NCBI GenBank assembly: GCA_030324005.1 | Contig: JARDVH010000042.1 | Span: 39,582,164 to 39,646,163 of the forward strand | Length of the DNA: 64,000 nucleotides | Reading direction: 5' to 3' | Source of the DNA: Negaprion brevirostris | Taxonomy: Eukaryota | In this document: positions 25,417 through 39,312 of the stretch, piece by piece | Layout of the letters: each line of letters starts with the position of its first letter | Position numbering within the stretch: position 1 is the stretch's first letter | The notes under the pieces: model-generated | Database searches by the model: none | Seen by the model: only the letters and a program-made list of their open reading frames with translations | Told to the model about the DNA's origin: nothing | Made by a program: the position numbers and the translations under genes

Positions 25417-25999
25417 AACAAGTTACTAATACAAAACTGCAACAAAAAAGGACACAAAAAGGTGCAGTGATGATAACATTAAGACAACAATAGGCAAAAA
25501 TGTATTATTCTTCTAAGTTTCTTTGTGTTGTACAAAGTAAAAGTTATGTAACTCTAATACACCCACCCTCTTCAGGAGCTCGACAATGTCCTTTATGTCC
25601 CATTAAATCACATTCAACAGAGCGCTATAAAGTTAAGAACACGGACAGCATTATATTTGAGTGCCTTATAATAAAATAGATGTGGACATGAAACACTGTA
25701 TTCAGATCTATACCAATGGGATGAATGTCTTTTCTGTCTGCTGGCTATTGTGGCCCCTTGAGAAATGAATGTATTTGCTCTTGGCATGTGGATAATGTAG
25801 CATTTGTTACATATCCTTCGTTGCCCTGAGAAGGTGGTGGGGCTTTTTCTTCAAATTAGAAATTGTTTTTCCAGATGATGGACTTGTGAGGTTACTTCAG
25901 ATGATATTTCAACCACATAATGAAATCACAAGTAGGTTCACTTCCCTGTAGGGCATTAGTGAAGAAATTGGGTTTTTACAGTAGTCCATCAGCTTGATG

Positions 26000-26770
26000 C
26001 ATTGAGTGGCATGACAATGACAGATAAAATATATTGTGAATAAAAGTGAGACTATCTACTTTGGATCTAAGCAAGACCATGGTCTAAATGATAAAAAGCT
26101 TTAGAGGAGTAGAGTGATCCAAGTGCAGAAATCACTAAAACCTAGTGGACAGATATAAATATACTTAAAGAGGCCAGTGGAATTGCTCTATCTCAAGAAG
26201 ATTGCAATACAAAAGATGGAAGTTCAGCTACAACTGGATAAAGCTTATGCTGGACTATATCTGGAGGACTATGTTCAGTTCTGGGCAATGGACTTCAGAA
26301 AGTAAGGGCGCAATGCAGGTTTATCAGAATGATATTGGAGCTTAAAGAGATAAATTATGTGATCAGGTTCCAGTACTTTCACCTGAATGGATAAGATTGA
26401 AGGATGATCATATTGAGGTGTTTATGATAATCAAAAAATGTTTCAGGTTGGCTAGAGAGAAACTATTTTCTCTGGTGGTATCGTCCAGAACGGTGGAACG
26501 TAACAATAAAATTGGAACCAAGTCATTCAGTGATGATGTCAGGAAACACTTCTTTGCACAAAGGAAAGTGGTAAATCTGGAACTCTTTCCCCAAAAAGAC
26601 CATTGAGACTAGATCAATTGAAAGATTTAACACTGAGGTAGATAGACTTCTGTCAATTAAGATTGTTAAGGAATATGGAACTAAGATGTCATTGAGATAC
26701 AGATCAGTCATGATCTAACTAGATGATGGAACAGGTTCAAAGGGCTAAATGGCTTGCTTCTGTTCCTATG
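26000..26770 (+). mobile_element. Old CR1 LINE 3' portion
   Basis: IEVFMIIK...LFSLV...DVRKHFFAQR.VVNL; tail ttctgttcctatg. Confidence 0.75.
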
Positions 26771-27174
26771 TGCAAGATTGCCTTTTGCTAACTTACTGAA
26801 TTCAATTTCACATTTGTTCTGATGTGATTTCAACTTACAATTGCTAGTTCATTAATGCAGTACCACAAGCTTTACACTATTGTGGTTATAATCACCTCAA
26901 TCCTGCCGCTAGTGGGGCTAGCCCAAAATTGCTCTTAACTAGACAATAAATTAACAATTTCAGTTGGAAAGATCACAGGGTGGCTAGTGTGAGAAANNNN
27001 NNNNNNNNAAGCTACATTGGTGTAATTAATATTACATGTTTGGAGGTATAGGCAGAGTTTTAGGAGTTTTACTTTATGACTAACATTTTGCACCTGAGCT
27101 GAGAGTACTTAACTACTGTTTAAATGAAACATACATTCCCCAACATTGAAGGCCCACACCTTGATAAACACAAC

Positions 27175-28313
27175 GGAGGCGATTCACCCAGCCCGTTGTG
27201 CCGCAGGCCAGAAGACACAAGTGGAGGCCATTTAGCGGGTTTCCCACTGGGCGTATCGGCCTCTGCGCATTTCTACCACCTGATTTCCGGCGTCGTCGCT
27301 CCATGCCAAAAATCAGCACAGAGCTGAATAAATTACTTAAATGATTATTATCAACTTATTAGTGGGCCTAGGACTGAAGTCTCCAGGTCCGTTAGTGTCT
27401 CCCTGCCGCTTGGGGTGTTTCACTCGGCGGAGTTTAGAACAGCTCCCCACTAATGGGGAACTGGCAGTCCGACGCTGCTGGAGTGAAGAGGGATCATGGA
27501 AGCCCCCCAGAGGGTCAGTGGTAAGGAGGGGATGCCAGCAAGGCAGTGCCAGCCTGGCCCCCTGGCACTGCCCAAGAGGCAAAGTGGCAATGTGTGGGGG
27601 TACCTTGGCATGGGGGAGGGAGATTGATGGGGATGGGAGGTCCCACTGCCACTCTGCACTTTGATCAATGACAAAGAGAGGGAGACCTGCGATCACGGCT
27701 GGCCATTGGTGGCGGGGGAGGGGTGGTCCTGTGGGCGNNNNNNNNNNNNNNNNNNNNNNNNNNNNNNNNNNNNNNNNNNNNNNNNNNNNNNNNNNNNNNN
27801 NNNNNNNNNNNNNNNNNNNNNNNNNNNNNNNNNNNNNCCCGGGGGGCCATGGGTGGGGGGGGTGGGGTGGGCCTGTGGGCGGGGAGGTGGGGTCAAAAGT
27901 ACGGTGAGGGGACATTGGGGCTGCTGGTGGGGGATGGATCAGGCAATTGAGACTGCCAGTTGTGGAGGGGAGGGAGATTGAGGTTTGCTGGTGGGGAGGG
28001 GTGGGTCACACTGACAGGAATGGGGTATCATGGGGCTGGCCAGTGATTGAGCTGGCCAGTGATCAGGAGGCTGGCAGTGCTGTACTACTACGACAGATCA
28101 GCACATGCACATTAGCCCGCTCAGCACCATGCTGCCAGCCATCCCAGCGGGAGTAGGCCCCATCCACTGATTTTTAGCATGACTCACACTAGGGATCTCT
28201 TGATGCATAGAGTGTGGGAGATACGTTTTGAAAATCCTGTTGAAAAACCAACATGATTTACTCCAGTTTTTATGCTAATTTGGCACTTAGAAGTTTTTTT
28301 GGGAGAATCCCAC
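27175..28313. mobile_element. Longer MITE (Harbinger-type), spans a gap
   Basis: GGAGGCGATTCACCC ... GGGAGAATCCCAC; right end is the reverse complement of the start of 13936-14366. Confidence 0.6.
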
Positions 28314-29296
28314 TAACATTTGTTAATATTTTAAAAAGAGACTAGCAGATCTTCCAAAGCATTGTTTACAGTGAGCCACAAAATATTTTTTATCACAGTT
28401 TTATATCAATAGAGATGTTTACAATATATAGGTGGTCACATAAAATGACTAAATAGCCAGATCTAATTTGTAATAAATTGTATTTTGGGATCTTTGCTGT
28501 AATTTGGGCAGCAAATTCCAAAGATCTGTTCATCATTCAACTAAAGTCATAAATGGTTATGTTATATATTCATTTAATACATATCTAATTGTAACCTCTT
28601 CCAGTGTACTGCTGAGACACTGTACTATTGAGAAGGTACTTTGTAAAATTTAAGAATTGAGTTAAATATGAAGGAAGGGCTGAATTTCAACTCTGGTGGA
28701 AGTGTCCAGAATGGGCTGTGTGTATGGACGGACCACAGATCTGGCATGTGGTGGAAATTCCCATTCGGTGTTCCAACTGATAGAGCTTCCACCCAAAGAT
28801 TGCTTTGCCAATGATGAAAACATTGTGATGGAGGTGGGACAAGGGGAAGAAATGATCAGAAACTCTCAACCAGATAGGAGAGGCATTCCAAAAGGTTAAG
28901 CAGCTTGAAACTCTAAAGAAATAGTTGGTTTGGGTGTCTAGGGACAATTCTTGGCTTTGGCATCTCTGGAAATTATCTTATATTCTAATATACTGGGGGA
29001 TTATCCTGGTTTTTGGCAAAACTGGGTTACAGATCCTGAAATTTGACAGCATGCATTGGGGTGTTAGAGATTGGCAGCATAGTGAAAAGAAAACTTGGTA
29101 TTTGGCATAACTTTAGAGAAGGCTTCTTGGATTTAATAGAACTGGAAGATGAAATATGTATTTTAATTCTCAGGAGAATTCCTGGTGATGGAACGGGGCT
29201 GACACAGTAAGGCAGCAGTAGTTTTTAACTTTCCAATAGATCTCTGCAATCTCAAAAATTGGTGCTCTATGACTGGTTCCTGGAAGTCTACCTACG

Positions 29297-29432
29297 GGCA
29301 GAATTTTCCAGGCTCAACACAGGTAGGCATTGTTGTGGATGGGATGGGAAAATTTGAAGAGCATCCAGCCCTCCAAATTTTTCCATCCTGCTCATGATAA
29401 TACTCGCCAGTATCAGGGCCAGAAAATCCCAA
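29297..29432. mobile_element. Short MITE
   Basis: GGGCAGAATTTTCC ... (G)AAAATCCC; related short copies at ~32213-32302 and ~34017-34140. Confidence 0.5.
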
Positions 29433-29949
29433 TCCATGTGTCTGCCTGCCCCCTCTACCTCCCCTCTTTTCCAATGAGCTGAATTTTGTCTATCAGTAGG
29501 ATGAGCTGGTGTCAGGGTGATATTCAAGTTGATGCAACTGGCAATTGAGTATTGATGGAAAGAGAGACATGTTACTGAATCTTTTCATCTTGCACTCATC
29601 TGGACAAGTGCAAGAATGCCAAATTTCAAATGATAGGTCAAGCTCATTTATGCTTGCTGGTCAGTAGCTGAGGAATGGCTGAAAGAACTGGTTCTAGTGT
29701 AGAAAGAGATTTAGTGTCCCAGTATGTTCTGGAAAGGTGAGTGTCATTTAGAGCTGCAAACTGGAAACTCAACACGAATTAAAAAGCACCCATGAAATGT
29801 AAGGCCAGAGGGTTGATCCATGTATAAGACAACACCAAGCATCAATGTTCCTACTGGGGCACAACATGCATATACACCAGAACTTCATGGTCAATGATGG
29901 ATAAAAACCGTGTTTAGAGACTGACTGGCTGCATCTACATGCCATCACA

Positions 29950-31460
29950 GTCATATGCTGCTGCATATTTAAATGCCTCAAAGTTACCAGCACAAATGGT
30001 CATGAGACAGGGGCACTACTTTACATATCTGTGCTTGTAGTAGAAGCATGCATACAATGCCAGATAATGTCAACTCCTAAGAGGTGGGAGTGCCATTTAC
30101 CACTGTGGTCATGCTGATAGAGGACAAAGAAACCATGACATATAAGACATGGAAGAGCAGCCTATCAGTAAGGGCAAGGCTGCTGTAGATGCAATGGCGA
30201 GTGAGTAAATCAATTACTCCTTCTATCATTCCCTTGACCATATGTGAAGTGTGGCATCTACATGGGCCTTTAACATATCTGGAAGCTCTGACAATGAAAA
30301 GTGCAGGAGAGCATACCAAGAGCAGCACCAGCCATACCTCAAAGTGAGATGTCACCCTGATGAAGCCAAAACATAGGACAACTTGCAAACCAAGCTTCAA
30401 AAGCTGCATGCAATAGATAAAGCACAGTGATCCCACAACCAATAGATCAGATCTAAGCTCTACAGTAGTCACAAATCGCGGTGGACAATTAAACAATTAA
30501 CTGGTAGAGAAGGCGCGACAAGCATCCCTATCCACAATGATGGGGAGTCCAGTACATCAGTGGAAAATGTAAGGCTGAAGCTTTTGCAGCAGTCTTCAGC
30601 CAGGAGTGCATAGTGAATAGCGATGGCACTTGGGAATGACTGAGAATGCAGGAATCAAGGCAGCTTCCCAGAAACTTCCTGCACTACAACTTGCATGATA
30701 TGTTTATAATGATCATAAATTAATTGAATGAAGGAGGGAACATTTTACAATTCATGAAGGCATCTGGCTGCTCTGAGTGCACCTTGATGGCCACATGAGT
30801 GTAGTCAATCATCCCCTGCACAAGGGAAATCCAGTCATGATCTTGAAACCAACAGCCCTATCGACCTGGCTGGCCTGGTCAGTTGTGAACCTGATATATT
30901 GGCCAGTCGAACTGAGTAAGTATCCGTGACATCCTTTATGCAGCATGAGCCAGTGACTGAGATCTCATCGATCACACAGTCTCCAGACAATCCTTGAAAT
31001 GAACCATGCTCAGAAAGATTAGTACCAACATGACCAAGTGCTAGAGTCATTAGGTGTCCATCACATCTCATTGGAATCAACTCTTATTCCAAACTACTGC
31101 ACAGCTCCACCACAACCTGCCTTGAGAGATAAGTCTTCGTACACATTGGTGCTTGGACATCTCCATGAAGCTGAGCCTCTGATAGCCGTCTGACCCAGCC
31201 TTTGAGACAAATAGTGCTTTCTACAATTATAAATCTATCCCCTTGCACATGTGCACCCTCCTCCTCCAACTCAAATGGCTTTGTCAAAAATCTGAAGCTC
31301 CCTTGGCTGCTGCTGTCAGTTGCTCTATGTGCCTGCATCCCCATTGCTATGTCACTCTCCTCCTCACTGGAGGAATCAACCTCTAAATGCATCCACCCCG
31401 TCACAAACTGAAGCCTCCATTGTGGTGAGCTTTCAATGGCTGCTGTGGATCTGGCCTTTC
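29950..31460 (-). mobile_element. PIF/Harbinger transposase pseudogene, interrupted by a + strand LINE fragment at ~30305-30620
   Basis: YLSRQVVVELC (~31110-31140), GSFQGLSGD...CIKDVTD, GFPLVQGMIDYTHVAIK (~30783-30833; matches the HARBI1 IDCTH motif). Confidence 0.85.
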
Positions 31461-33212
31461 CANNNNNNNNNNNNNNNNNNNNNNNNNNNNNNNNNNNNNN
31501 NNNNNNNNNNNNNNNNNNNNGCAGAAAGCTGTGAAAAATGCTTACCACTTCCTTTAACTTCTGAACTGTTGAATAAATCTCACCTCTTTTGAAAAGGTGA
31601 GACAGTGAACTCTGAGAAATCCTTGCATTCTTGACAAAATTGCAAAAGGCTCACTCACAATATCCCGGACAATTGTCTATTTAAAAACTTTAATTACCTG
31701 CATACAGCCACTCTGTCAGCCACTGACCCATTGCACTGTCTGCATCTTGTAAAATTACTTCACACTGGGAAGTCATCCTGACATTGTTGGAAGACATTTT
31801 ACCACTTCACTCCCACCTCCATTCCAGCCACCATGGAGGTGGTAAAATTCAGCATTAGGTCTTTGCCACCTTCTGTATCTTACAGGTTTCAGAAATTAGA
31901 TTTGTTATATTTTCTAATAGTAGAATGCAACTCCCTATTGGAAAGGAGAAAGGCCAGAAAATTGGTTTGCACTTATACGAAGCTCACTGACAGTTTACAC
32001 ATGGCCTACAGAACTGGCAGAGGTCTGGAGTACTCTGCATCAAGTAAAAGCAAATGTAAATGAAATGAAATAAAAAATCAGATGTTTTTGGAGAGGCCTG
32101 CAGCTTTCAGTTTGGATGCTTCACAGCAAGGCCATTGACACACAAAAATCAGATTGAAGTCCTCCAAGGGCATTTGACCTTCACTTAAATCAGACAGATC
32201 GGCAGTTCATGAGGGCAGAACTTCCTGTCCCCAGCCAAATCTCTGTTCACTGCAGCGGGATGGGAAAATCCCACCAGCGTGAATAGTGATAAGATTCTGG
32301 CCTCTGTGTTTCTCTTTCTCTCTCTCTCTATCAATTTAATATGTGCTCTGATCTTCATACGTTATAATTAAAATGCCAAATTGTCACCTATTTTGCTATT
32401 TTCTCTCTTCCCCTGTTCTACACATACGCTCATACACGGTGCACAAAGACACCCATTCTGTTTTATCCCAACATTTTATTTGAATAAATCTGTGTTCTCT
32501 AGTTTTTATTCAAGTAGATGTTGTTAGACACAGAGCATTTTATTATTTGTCTTGCTTAATTGCTATTGATGCATATCAGGATTGCACGGTCTACCCCCAC
32601 ATTCAGACAGCAGAAATTGCCTTCAACTAGTAAGATAGCTGTTCCTTGAAACAAAAATCACATAAAACTGCAAGCTTTTGCAAAAGACTGAGACCTTCAA
32701 CAGAAAATTTTAGGGAAGACTTTAAAAGACTCAAATAACAATACGAAGTGCATGTGAAGTAATTTTTTATATTGGCTAGAGTCTTATTTTGAACATTACA
32801 AGTTTCAGTTAATGAGGAAAATTATATTTTTTTTGAAAGGAGAAGCACCTTAAGTGAACTGATTTTTCACCAACAAATTGTGACAGGTCTTCATAGGCAG
32901 TTACAATACTGATGGGAAATATAATACAATACTGATGGAAAAGCATGACCACTAATCATGAGAACAGAATGTAAGGTTTGTGGACCAGAAATGCATCCAT
33001 ACACAAGAATTTGAAAAGATACAAGTACATTTCTTATGACATTACACTTACGGAGCCAAAATCAAGCATAATCCTCAGGCAAAGTCCTCAAACTTGAATT
33101 GATATGGTGGACAACCTACTTAGTCATCCACTGTCAGATCTGACTGCACCACATAAAGCATTATCCAGTTCCTGCTCATGGCTGCTAAAACTGTTGCAGA
33201 GTCATCCTGGAA

Positions 33213-33493
33213 GTGTAACAAGTCGGCTTACTAACACTGGAATGAAGCCGCTATTAAAATCGCCTAGTTGCCACACTCCAGTTCCTGATTGGGTACAGTG
33301 AGGGAGAACCCAGCATGGCCAATTGACCTAACCTACACATCTTTGGAGTATGGGAGGAAACCGAAGCACCCAGAGGAAACCCACACAAACACAGGGAGAA
33401 TGTGCAAACTCCACACATTGACTCAAGCTGGGAATCGAACCCGGGTCCCTGGCAATGTGAGGCAGCAGTGCTAACCACCGTCTACCACGCCAC
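33213..33493 (-). mobile_element. HE1-like SINE
   Basis: Reverse V-SINE core; B box ggaatcgaacc. Confidence 0.85.
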
Positions 33494-33494
33494 C

Positions 33495-34518
33495 TTGCAA
33501 AGATAACCCCCAGCTTCTTTTCTCTGCTGCAATCCATCTGAAACCATTCTTTCCTGCCTCCTCCACCCTCATCTCTAACAGCAAATGTGAAGAGCTCATG
33601 TTCTTCTTTGTCACTGAGATCGAAACCATCTGATTAGCTACCTCTGCCACATCCTTCCCTTCCACTAGATACCAGACTAACCTACTTCTAATATTCTCTG
33701 GTACTCCAACCCTGAACCCACATATTTCTCTAGTTTCTCTCTTATCTCCCCTCATGCCCTCTTTGAGTTCATCTTGTCCACAAGTACCACCTCCCGCTTT
33801 GTGAGCCCTATGTGCACTAAACTTCTCACCATCTAAATTCTCTCGTGGTCTCTACATTAGCCAATATTGATAACAGTTCTCTCTCTTACAGTATAGTCCC
33901 TCTGTCCTACAGATCTGCCATTGTTATCCCCTGCACAAAAAAAACACCAGTTGACCTCAGTGCCCTTGCAAACTACTGTCCCATCTGCAACTCCCTTTCC
34001 TTTCCACAATCCTTAGGTGAGTTTTTCCAGCTGTGCTTGCCCCTAGACCAGAAAATCCTGCCCAATGTCGACAGATCTTTGCATTGTCTGCCCCTGCCTG
34101 CTACCATTTCAGTGGTGGGTGGGATGGGAAAATTCTGCCCTTTAATTGTGTTGCCAGATTACAAATCTTTTCAGAACTATACATTTCAATCCCTCTGTTT
34201 TGGACCCCTGCCACAGTAATGACAACAGCTCATATCAAAGTCATAAATCACATCCTACGTTACTGCAACAAATGAAAACATTCTGCCTTTATTCTTTTCA
34301 ATCTATCTGTGGCCTTTAACAGCAGATGACCACAACATCCTCCTCCAACACCTCTAACACCATAATTGAACTGGGTAAGACTGCATTTCCATTCTCATTA
34401 GTTGTACCCAGTCAATCACCTTAAGCAGCTTCTCTTCCCACTCCTATATCTTTACCTCTGGTGTCACCCAAGGAGCTATCCTTGCCCAAGTCACATTTCT
34501 CATCCATCGGCTGTCCCT
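33495..34518 (+). mobile_element. L2 LINE ORF2 fragment with a MITE inserted at ~34017-34140
   Basis: DLSALANYCPICN (L2 motif NYRPISN), TAHIKVINHIL, GVTQGAIL. Confidence 0.75.
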
Positions 34519-34519
34519 T

Positions 34520-34815
34520 GTTTAAGTTTATTTATTAGTGTCACACGTAGGCTTACATTAACACTACACTGAAATTAGTGTGAAAATCCCCTAGTGCCAC
34601 ACTCTGGCGCCTGTTTGGGTACATTGAGGGGAAGCTTAGCATGGTCAATGCACCAAGCCATCTTTCGGACTGTGAGAGAAAATTGAAGCACCCAGAGGAA
34701 GCCCACGCTGACACAGGGAGAATATGCAGACTCTGCGCAGACAGTGACCCAAGCTGGGAATTGAACGTAGGTCCTTGGTCCTGTGAGACAGCAGTGTTAA
34801 CCACATTCTACCGTT
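34520..34815 (-). mobile_element. HE1-like SINE
   Basis: Reverse V-SINE core. Confidence 0.8.
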
Positions 34816-35317
34816 CCACCCCATCTGAAAACACAGCATCAGTTTACACATATACACTGATGACATCCAAATNNNNNNNNNNNNNNNNNNNNNNNNNNNN
34901 NNNNNNNNNNNNNNNNNNNNNNNNNNNNNNNNNNNNNNNNNNNNNNNNNNNNNNNNNNNNNNNNNNNNNNNNNNNNNNNNNNNNNNNNNNNNNNNNNNNN
35001 NNNNNNNNNNNNNNNNNNNNNNNNNNNNNNNNNNNNNNNNNNNNNNNNNNNNNNNNNNNNNNNNNNNNNNNNNNNNNNNNNNNNNNNNNNNNNNNNNNNN
35101 NNNNNNNNNNNNNNNNNNNNNNNNNNNNNNNNNNNNNNNNNNNNNNNNNNNNNNNNNNNNNNNNNNNNNNNNNNNNNNNNNNNNNNNNNNNNNNNNNNNN
35201 NNNNNNNNNNNNNNNNNNNNNNNNNNNNNNNNNNNNNNNNNNNNNNNNNNNNNNNNNNNNNNNNNNNNNNNNNNNNNNNNNNNNNNNNNNNNNNNNNNNN
35301 NNNNNNNNNNNNNNNNN

Positions 35318-35550
35318 TGCACACAGTACTCCAGCTGCAGCCTCACCAGTGCCCTATACAGCTGCAGCAAGACCTCCCTACTTTTATATTCAATACGCCC
35401 AACTGAGCCCAAACTAATGTTTTATCAAAAACATCAAAACTTACTTGCTTTTATATGCCTATATGCATAAAGCCCAGGGTATGTGTGCCTTTTGAACACC
35501 TTTCTCAACCAGCCTTGTATCCTCCAACACTTTATGCACATATACCTCCA
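35318..35550 (-). mobile_element. CR1 LINE fragment
   Basis: IEYKSREVLLQLYRALVRLQLEYCV. Confidence 0.8.
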
Positions 35551-38092
35551 AATATCACCAACTTAAAAGAAATGGGAAAAAAATAACTGAGCACCAGTAT
35601 TTCTCCAGGGAGGAAATAGATGCCAAAGTGACCTGATTTTTTAGTTACCTGGTTACCTGTCATTGTTTGCCATGATGGTATGTTTAAAATTGATCATATA
35701 TCCTATTTTTAATCTACCAATGGGCTTGTAGTGTATTCAGAATTCCTTTGTTACATAACTGATAACTCCATACTCTTACTGCAGTACAATATATTCAAAT
35801 AGATTCATTTTAAGTCTCCTTGAAAGACTCTCTGATAATCTCTGGTACACATACAAAATGTTAATTCCTTAAGTTGGTGGTGTAATACGTATTTACAGTG
35901 TTTCGCCCAGTTATTTTCATAAACCTAAATCTGAAATTTGACCTTTCAACTGAATTTATACTGAAATATAGATGCTTTTTAATGCATGCATTGTCATTGA
36001 GTGTCACACCAGATAACCATAGTTATCCTACAATTAAGCTTAATTTATATAAGCATAGGGATATATTCAGATTTAGATAGATTTGGCTATACATTTTTGT
36101 ATATGTGTGTGTATTCTTGGTAATTATCCATTTATCTTTAGAAAATAGACTGCATTTTAAACTGATATAAGCTGTGCTAAAAGTATGTTAGATGAACATA
36201 GAATGGCAGCCAAAATAAATAGCAGGTTCAGTTACGTCAAATGGGTTCAAGTAATTATAATGTATGAACCAATTTATGCTCTGTAGATTTACAAATGTGT
36301 ATGGACAGTAATGTTAAATAATTTGATAAACTCTTCTTAGATAATATAAAATAGATCCATTTACTATCTAATAGAACTGTTATAAGATAGGTTATGTCTG
36401 GGCCAAATGCAATAATATTTTAATTCTACTTAAATAATATTTTGATGCATTAAGCATTTATATGAGAATTTATATACCTACAACTAAAAGAAATTTTTTT
36501 TAAAAATCGCATTTTGAGAACACAACTGATCTGCAATATTTTTGTGATTTAAAATACTGCTTTATTCTTGCAGTGAAATAAGAGAACAAATTGTGCATGA
36601 GAATTATGACTGATTATTATACATTGTAAATGCGCCACTTGCAACGCATGCTCGACAAAGGTGTTAATTAAATAATTGATATTCAAGACTGTGCTTGCTT
36701 ATTGTTTATTGACACACGCAAATTCAAGAATGTGAACAAGCGGACATTTTAAGTCGAACGTTTTGCTTACTATAGCCATTGTCATAAAATGGTGGCACCA
36801 CAAGAAGCCCAGTGCTCGGCAATAGATTAAAATACTCTTTCCTAACATTATTAGCATACGGTAACATGCATACAGCATGCTAATTAAACTTTAATTTCAG
36901 CTAAAAAGCATGTTACGAATTTCCTCTGATTCCGGCAACATTTTTAAACCATTGCTTCATCATTTGCATAAAATGATAAATTATTAGCATGTCCCTCTTA
37001 CATGTTAAATGCGCCACTCCAAATTTTATTGCATATTTCCTATTTCACACTATCTTTGTTCAGGAATGCATGGCTTAAAGGGAGAAAAAAGTCTTGCATT
37101 TTATCTTTATTTATGTCTACACTTGTGGTATAAAGACATATGTATTTGCATGATTCTCTGGGTTAAAAGCTAATAGCTTTCACTATTTGCATGCCTCATT
37201 TTACAGAAGAATTGGCATTATTCAAAAATACTTGTAGGATAAGTAATTTTATTTTATGATGAATTATTCTGTTTTTCAATTTATCTTCCAGCTCTTTTAC
37301 CTGCTATGTCAATTATTTTTTATAATAAGCATTGTTTGATGATGTTTAACAGTTCTCAGTCTACTGTTATATTTTTCAAATTCCGGTAAGGCACTTGGTG
37401 AATGTATATTAATTGTGAATGTTTGAAAAAAATGACCTAGTTTCATGACATCAGTATGATTTAAAATCCCACCGTTAACTCGAATTAGCTCTATGAGCAT
37501 GTTGCCATTTTTCTTTCAAATATCTTCGGTTACATATAAATAATTTGCAAAAAAATACAGATAAGACAAAAACAGTTTATGAAAAATAATCCTATACATT
37601 CCAGGAGAGGAAACACTAGATAGCACAAATATTAAATTCAAGAATCAATATGCATGCTTATATAAAATATGAAGTGTGTAAATATTAAAAACCTAAATAT
37701 ATATTAGCTGTGATTAGTAAAAGAAATTGATGCCAACTTATAAATACACAAACGGGCTATCCTACAGATATTTTGAATAAGCCTTGATAAATAATTTAAG
37801 ATTATTGTAATATATTATTCAAATTATTTAGTCTTACGAATTTGAGCTTTATTTCAAATAGAATTACAGTAATTTATTTATCAGACAAAATTTGCATAAT
37901 TGCTCTTTGAAAGCCATGCCGAAACTAGTGGCCAATGGGTTGCCGTATTTAGGATAATGAATTGAGGTTTTTGTCACCTGTCAACAGTGTCACCCTGAAG
38001 AGGTGTGCATTCTTACTTATGACTAGAAATTCACTTTACTACATGCTTTAAAAAGCACATGAAGCAGAGTAAGTTTTATTTTTCCTTTTAGA

Positions 38093-38419
38093 AATGGTTA
38101 GCACTGCAGGTTTGATTCCGGCCTTGGGTAACTGTCTTGAGTTAACACTTTTTCCCCATGTCTGCTTGGGTTTCCTCTGGATGCTCCAGGTTCCTCCTAC
38201 AGTCCAAAGATGTGCAGGCTGGGTGGATTGGCCAAGCTAAATTGCCCCTTAGTGTCCAAAGGTGTGTAGGTTAGAGGGATTAGCTAAGGTAAATGTGTAA
38301 GGTTATGGGAATAGGGCAGGGTAGAGGCCCTGTGTAAAATGCTCTGTCAAAGAGTTGGCACAGACTCAATGGGCCAAAACGCCTCCTTCTGCACTTTAGG
38401 GGTTTTATGATTCCATGAT
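38093..38419 (+). mobile_element. HE1-like SINE
   Basis: tggttagcactgc...gtttcctctggatgctcc...CR1-like tail ttttatgattccatga. Confidence 0.8.
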
Positions 38420-38614
38420 TTTATTCTATGTCAATGTAAATTCTTGTACACAAAAATGCCTTAAATATATTTTAAGAGCATTCCAAGGCAAACATACAGA
38501 AGTTGCTTCTCAAACCATGCAAAAATGCAAATGATATGGTGCACATTTTATGCTAGGAACTCCAAAATGTATTATTGTAAAAAATTACATTGCAAAAACA
38601 GTGATGATCATTGA

Positions 38615-39312
38615 CACTTGAGCACATGGTCCAGGTGACACTGCAGCACAGTACTGAGGGAGTGTTTCACTGTCAGAGGTATTGCCTTTTGATTGAGGCC
38701 CCATTCACCCTCACAGGTGGATGGAAAAGATTCAATGGCACTATTTGAAGAAGAGCAGATGAGTTCACCTGGTGTCCTGGGCAATATTCAACCTTTAGCC
38801 AACATCACTAAAAAAAACAGGCCAGTTATCTCATTGCTGAATGTTGCTGCTACATTCCAATAGTGAGTGTAATTCAAAGTACTTTGCAGATTTTAAAGAG
38901 CTTTTCATAGAATCCCTACAGTATAGAAGGAGGCCATTCAGCCTATCAAGTCCGTGCCAACCACAATCCCACCCAGGCCCGATTCCCGTAATCCCACACA
39001 TTTACACTGCTAATCCCCTGTCATGAGGATCAATTTAGCATGAACAAACCACCTAAACCGTACATCTTTGGACTGTGTCTATCTAACCCACACATCTTTG
39101 GACTGTGGGAGAAAACCGGATATCTGGAGGACACCTACACAGACATGGGGAGAAAGTGCAAACTCCAAATAGACTGTGATTGAGGCGAAATTGAACCTGG
39201 GTCCCTGGCGCTGTCAGGCAGCAGTGCTAAGCATCGTGCCACCATGCCATCCTTGATTTGATTTGCATGTCTTGAGATCATAAATGTTGCTACATAAATA
39301 CAACTCCTTTCC
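38615..39312 (+). mobile_element. Deu-domain SINE (SacSINE1/AmnSINE1 superfamily) with an HE1-like SINE inserted at 38905-39250 (-)
   Basis: Deu core cagtactgagggagtg...caggtggatg.aaaagat...atggcactatttgaagaagagcag...gtgtcctgg.caatatt; L2-like tail resumes at ~39270. Confidence 0.8.

Noticed and set aside
25631-25652. REST/RE1 half-site (cacggacagc)
   Set aside because: Only one half matches and it is far from miR-9; no full RE1 was found by eye
28696-28899. Possible exon-like ORF, also checked on - as a PARP14 5' exon
   Set aside because: No recognisable domain or convincing splice sites
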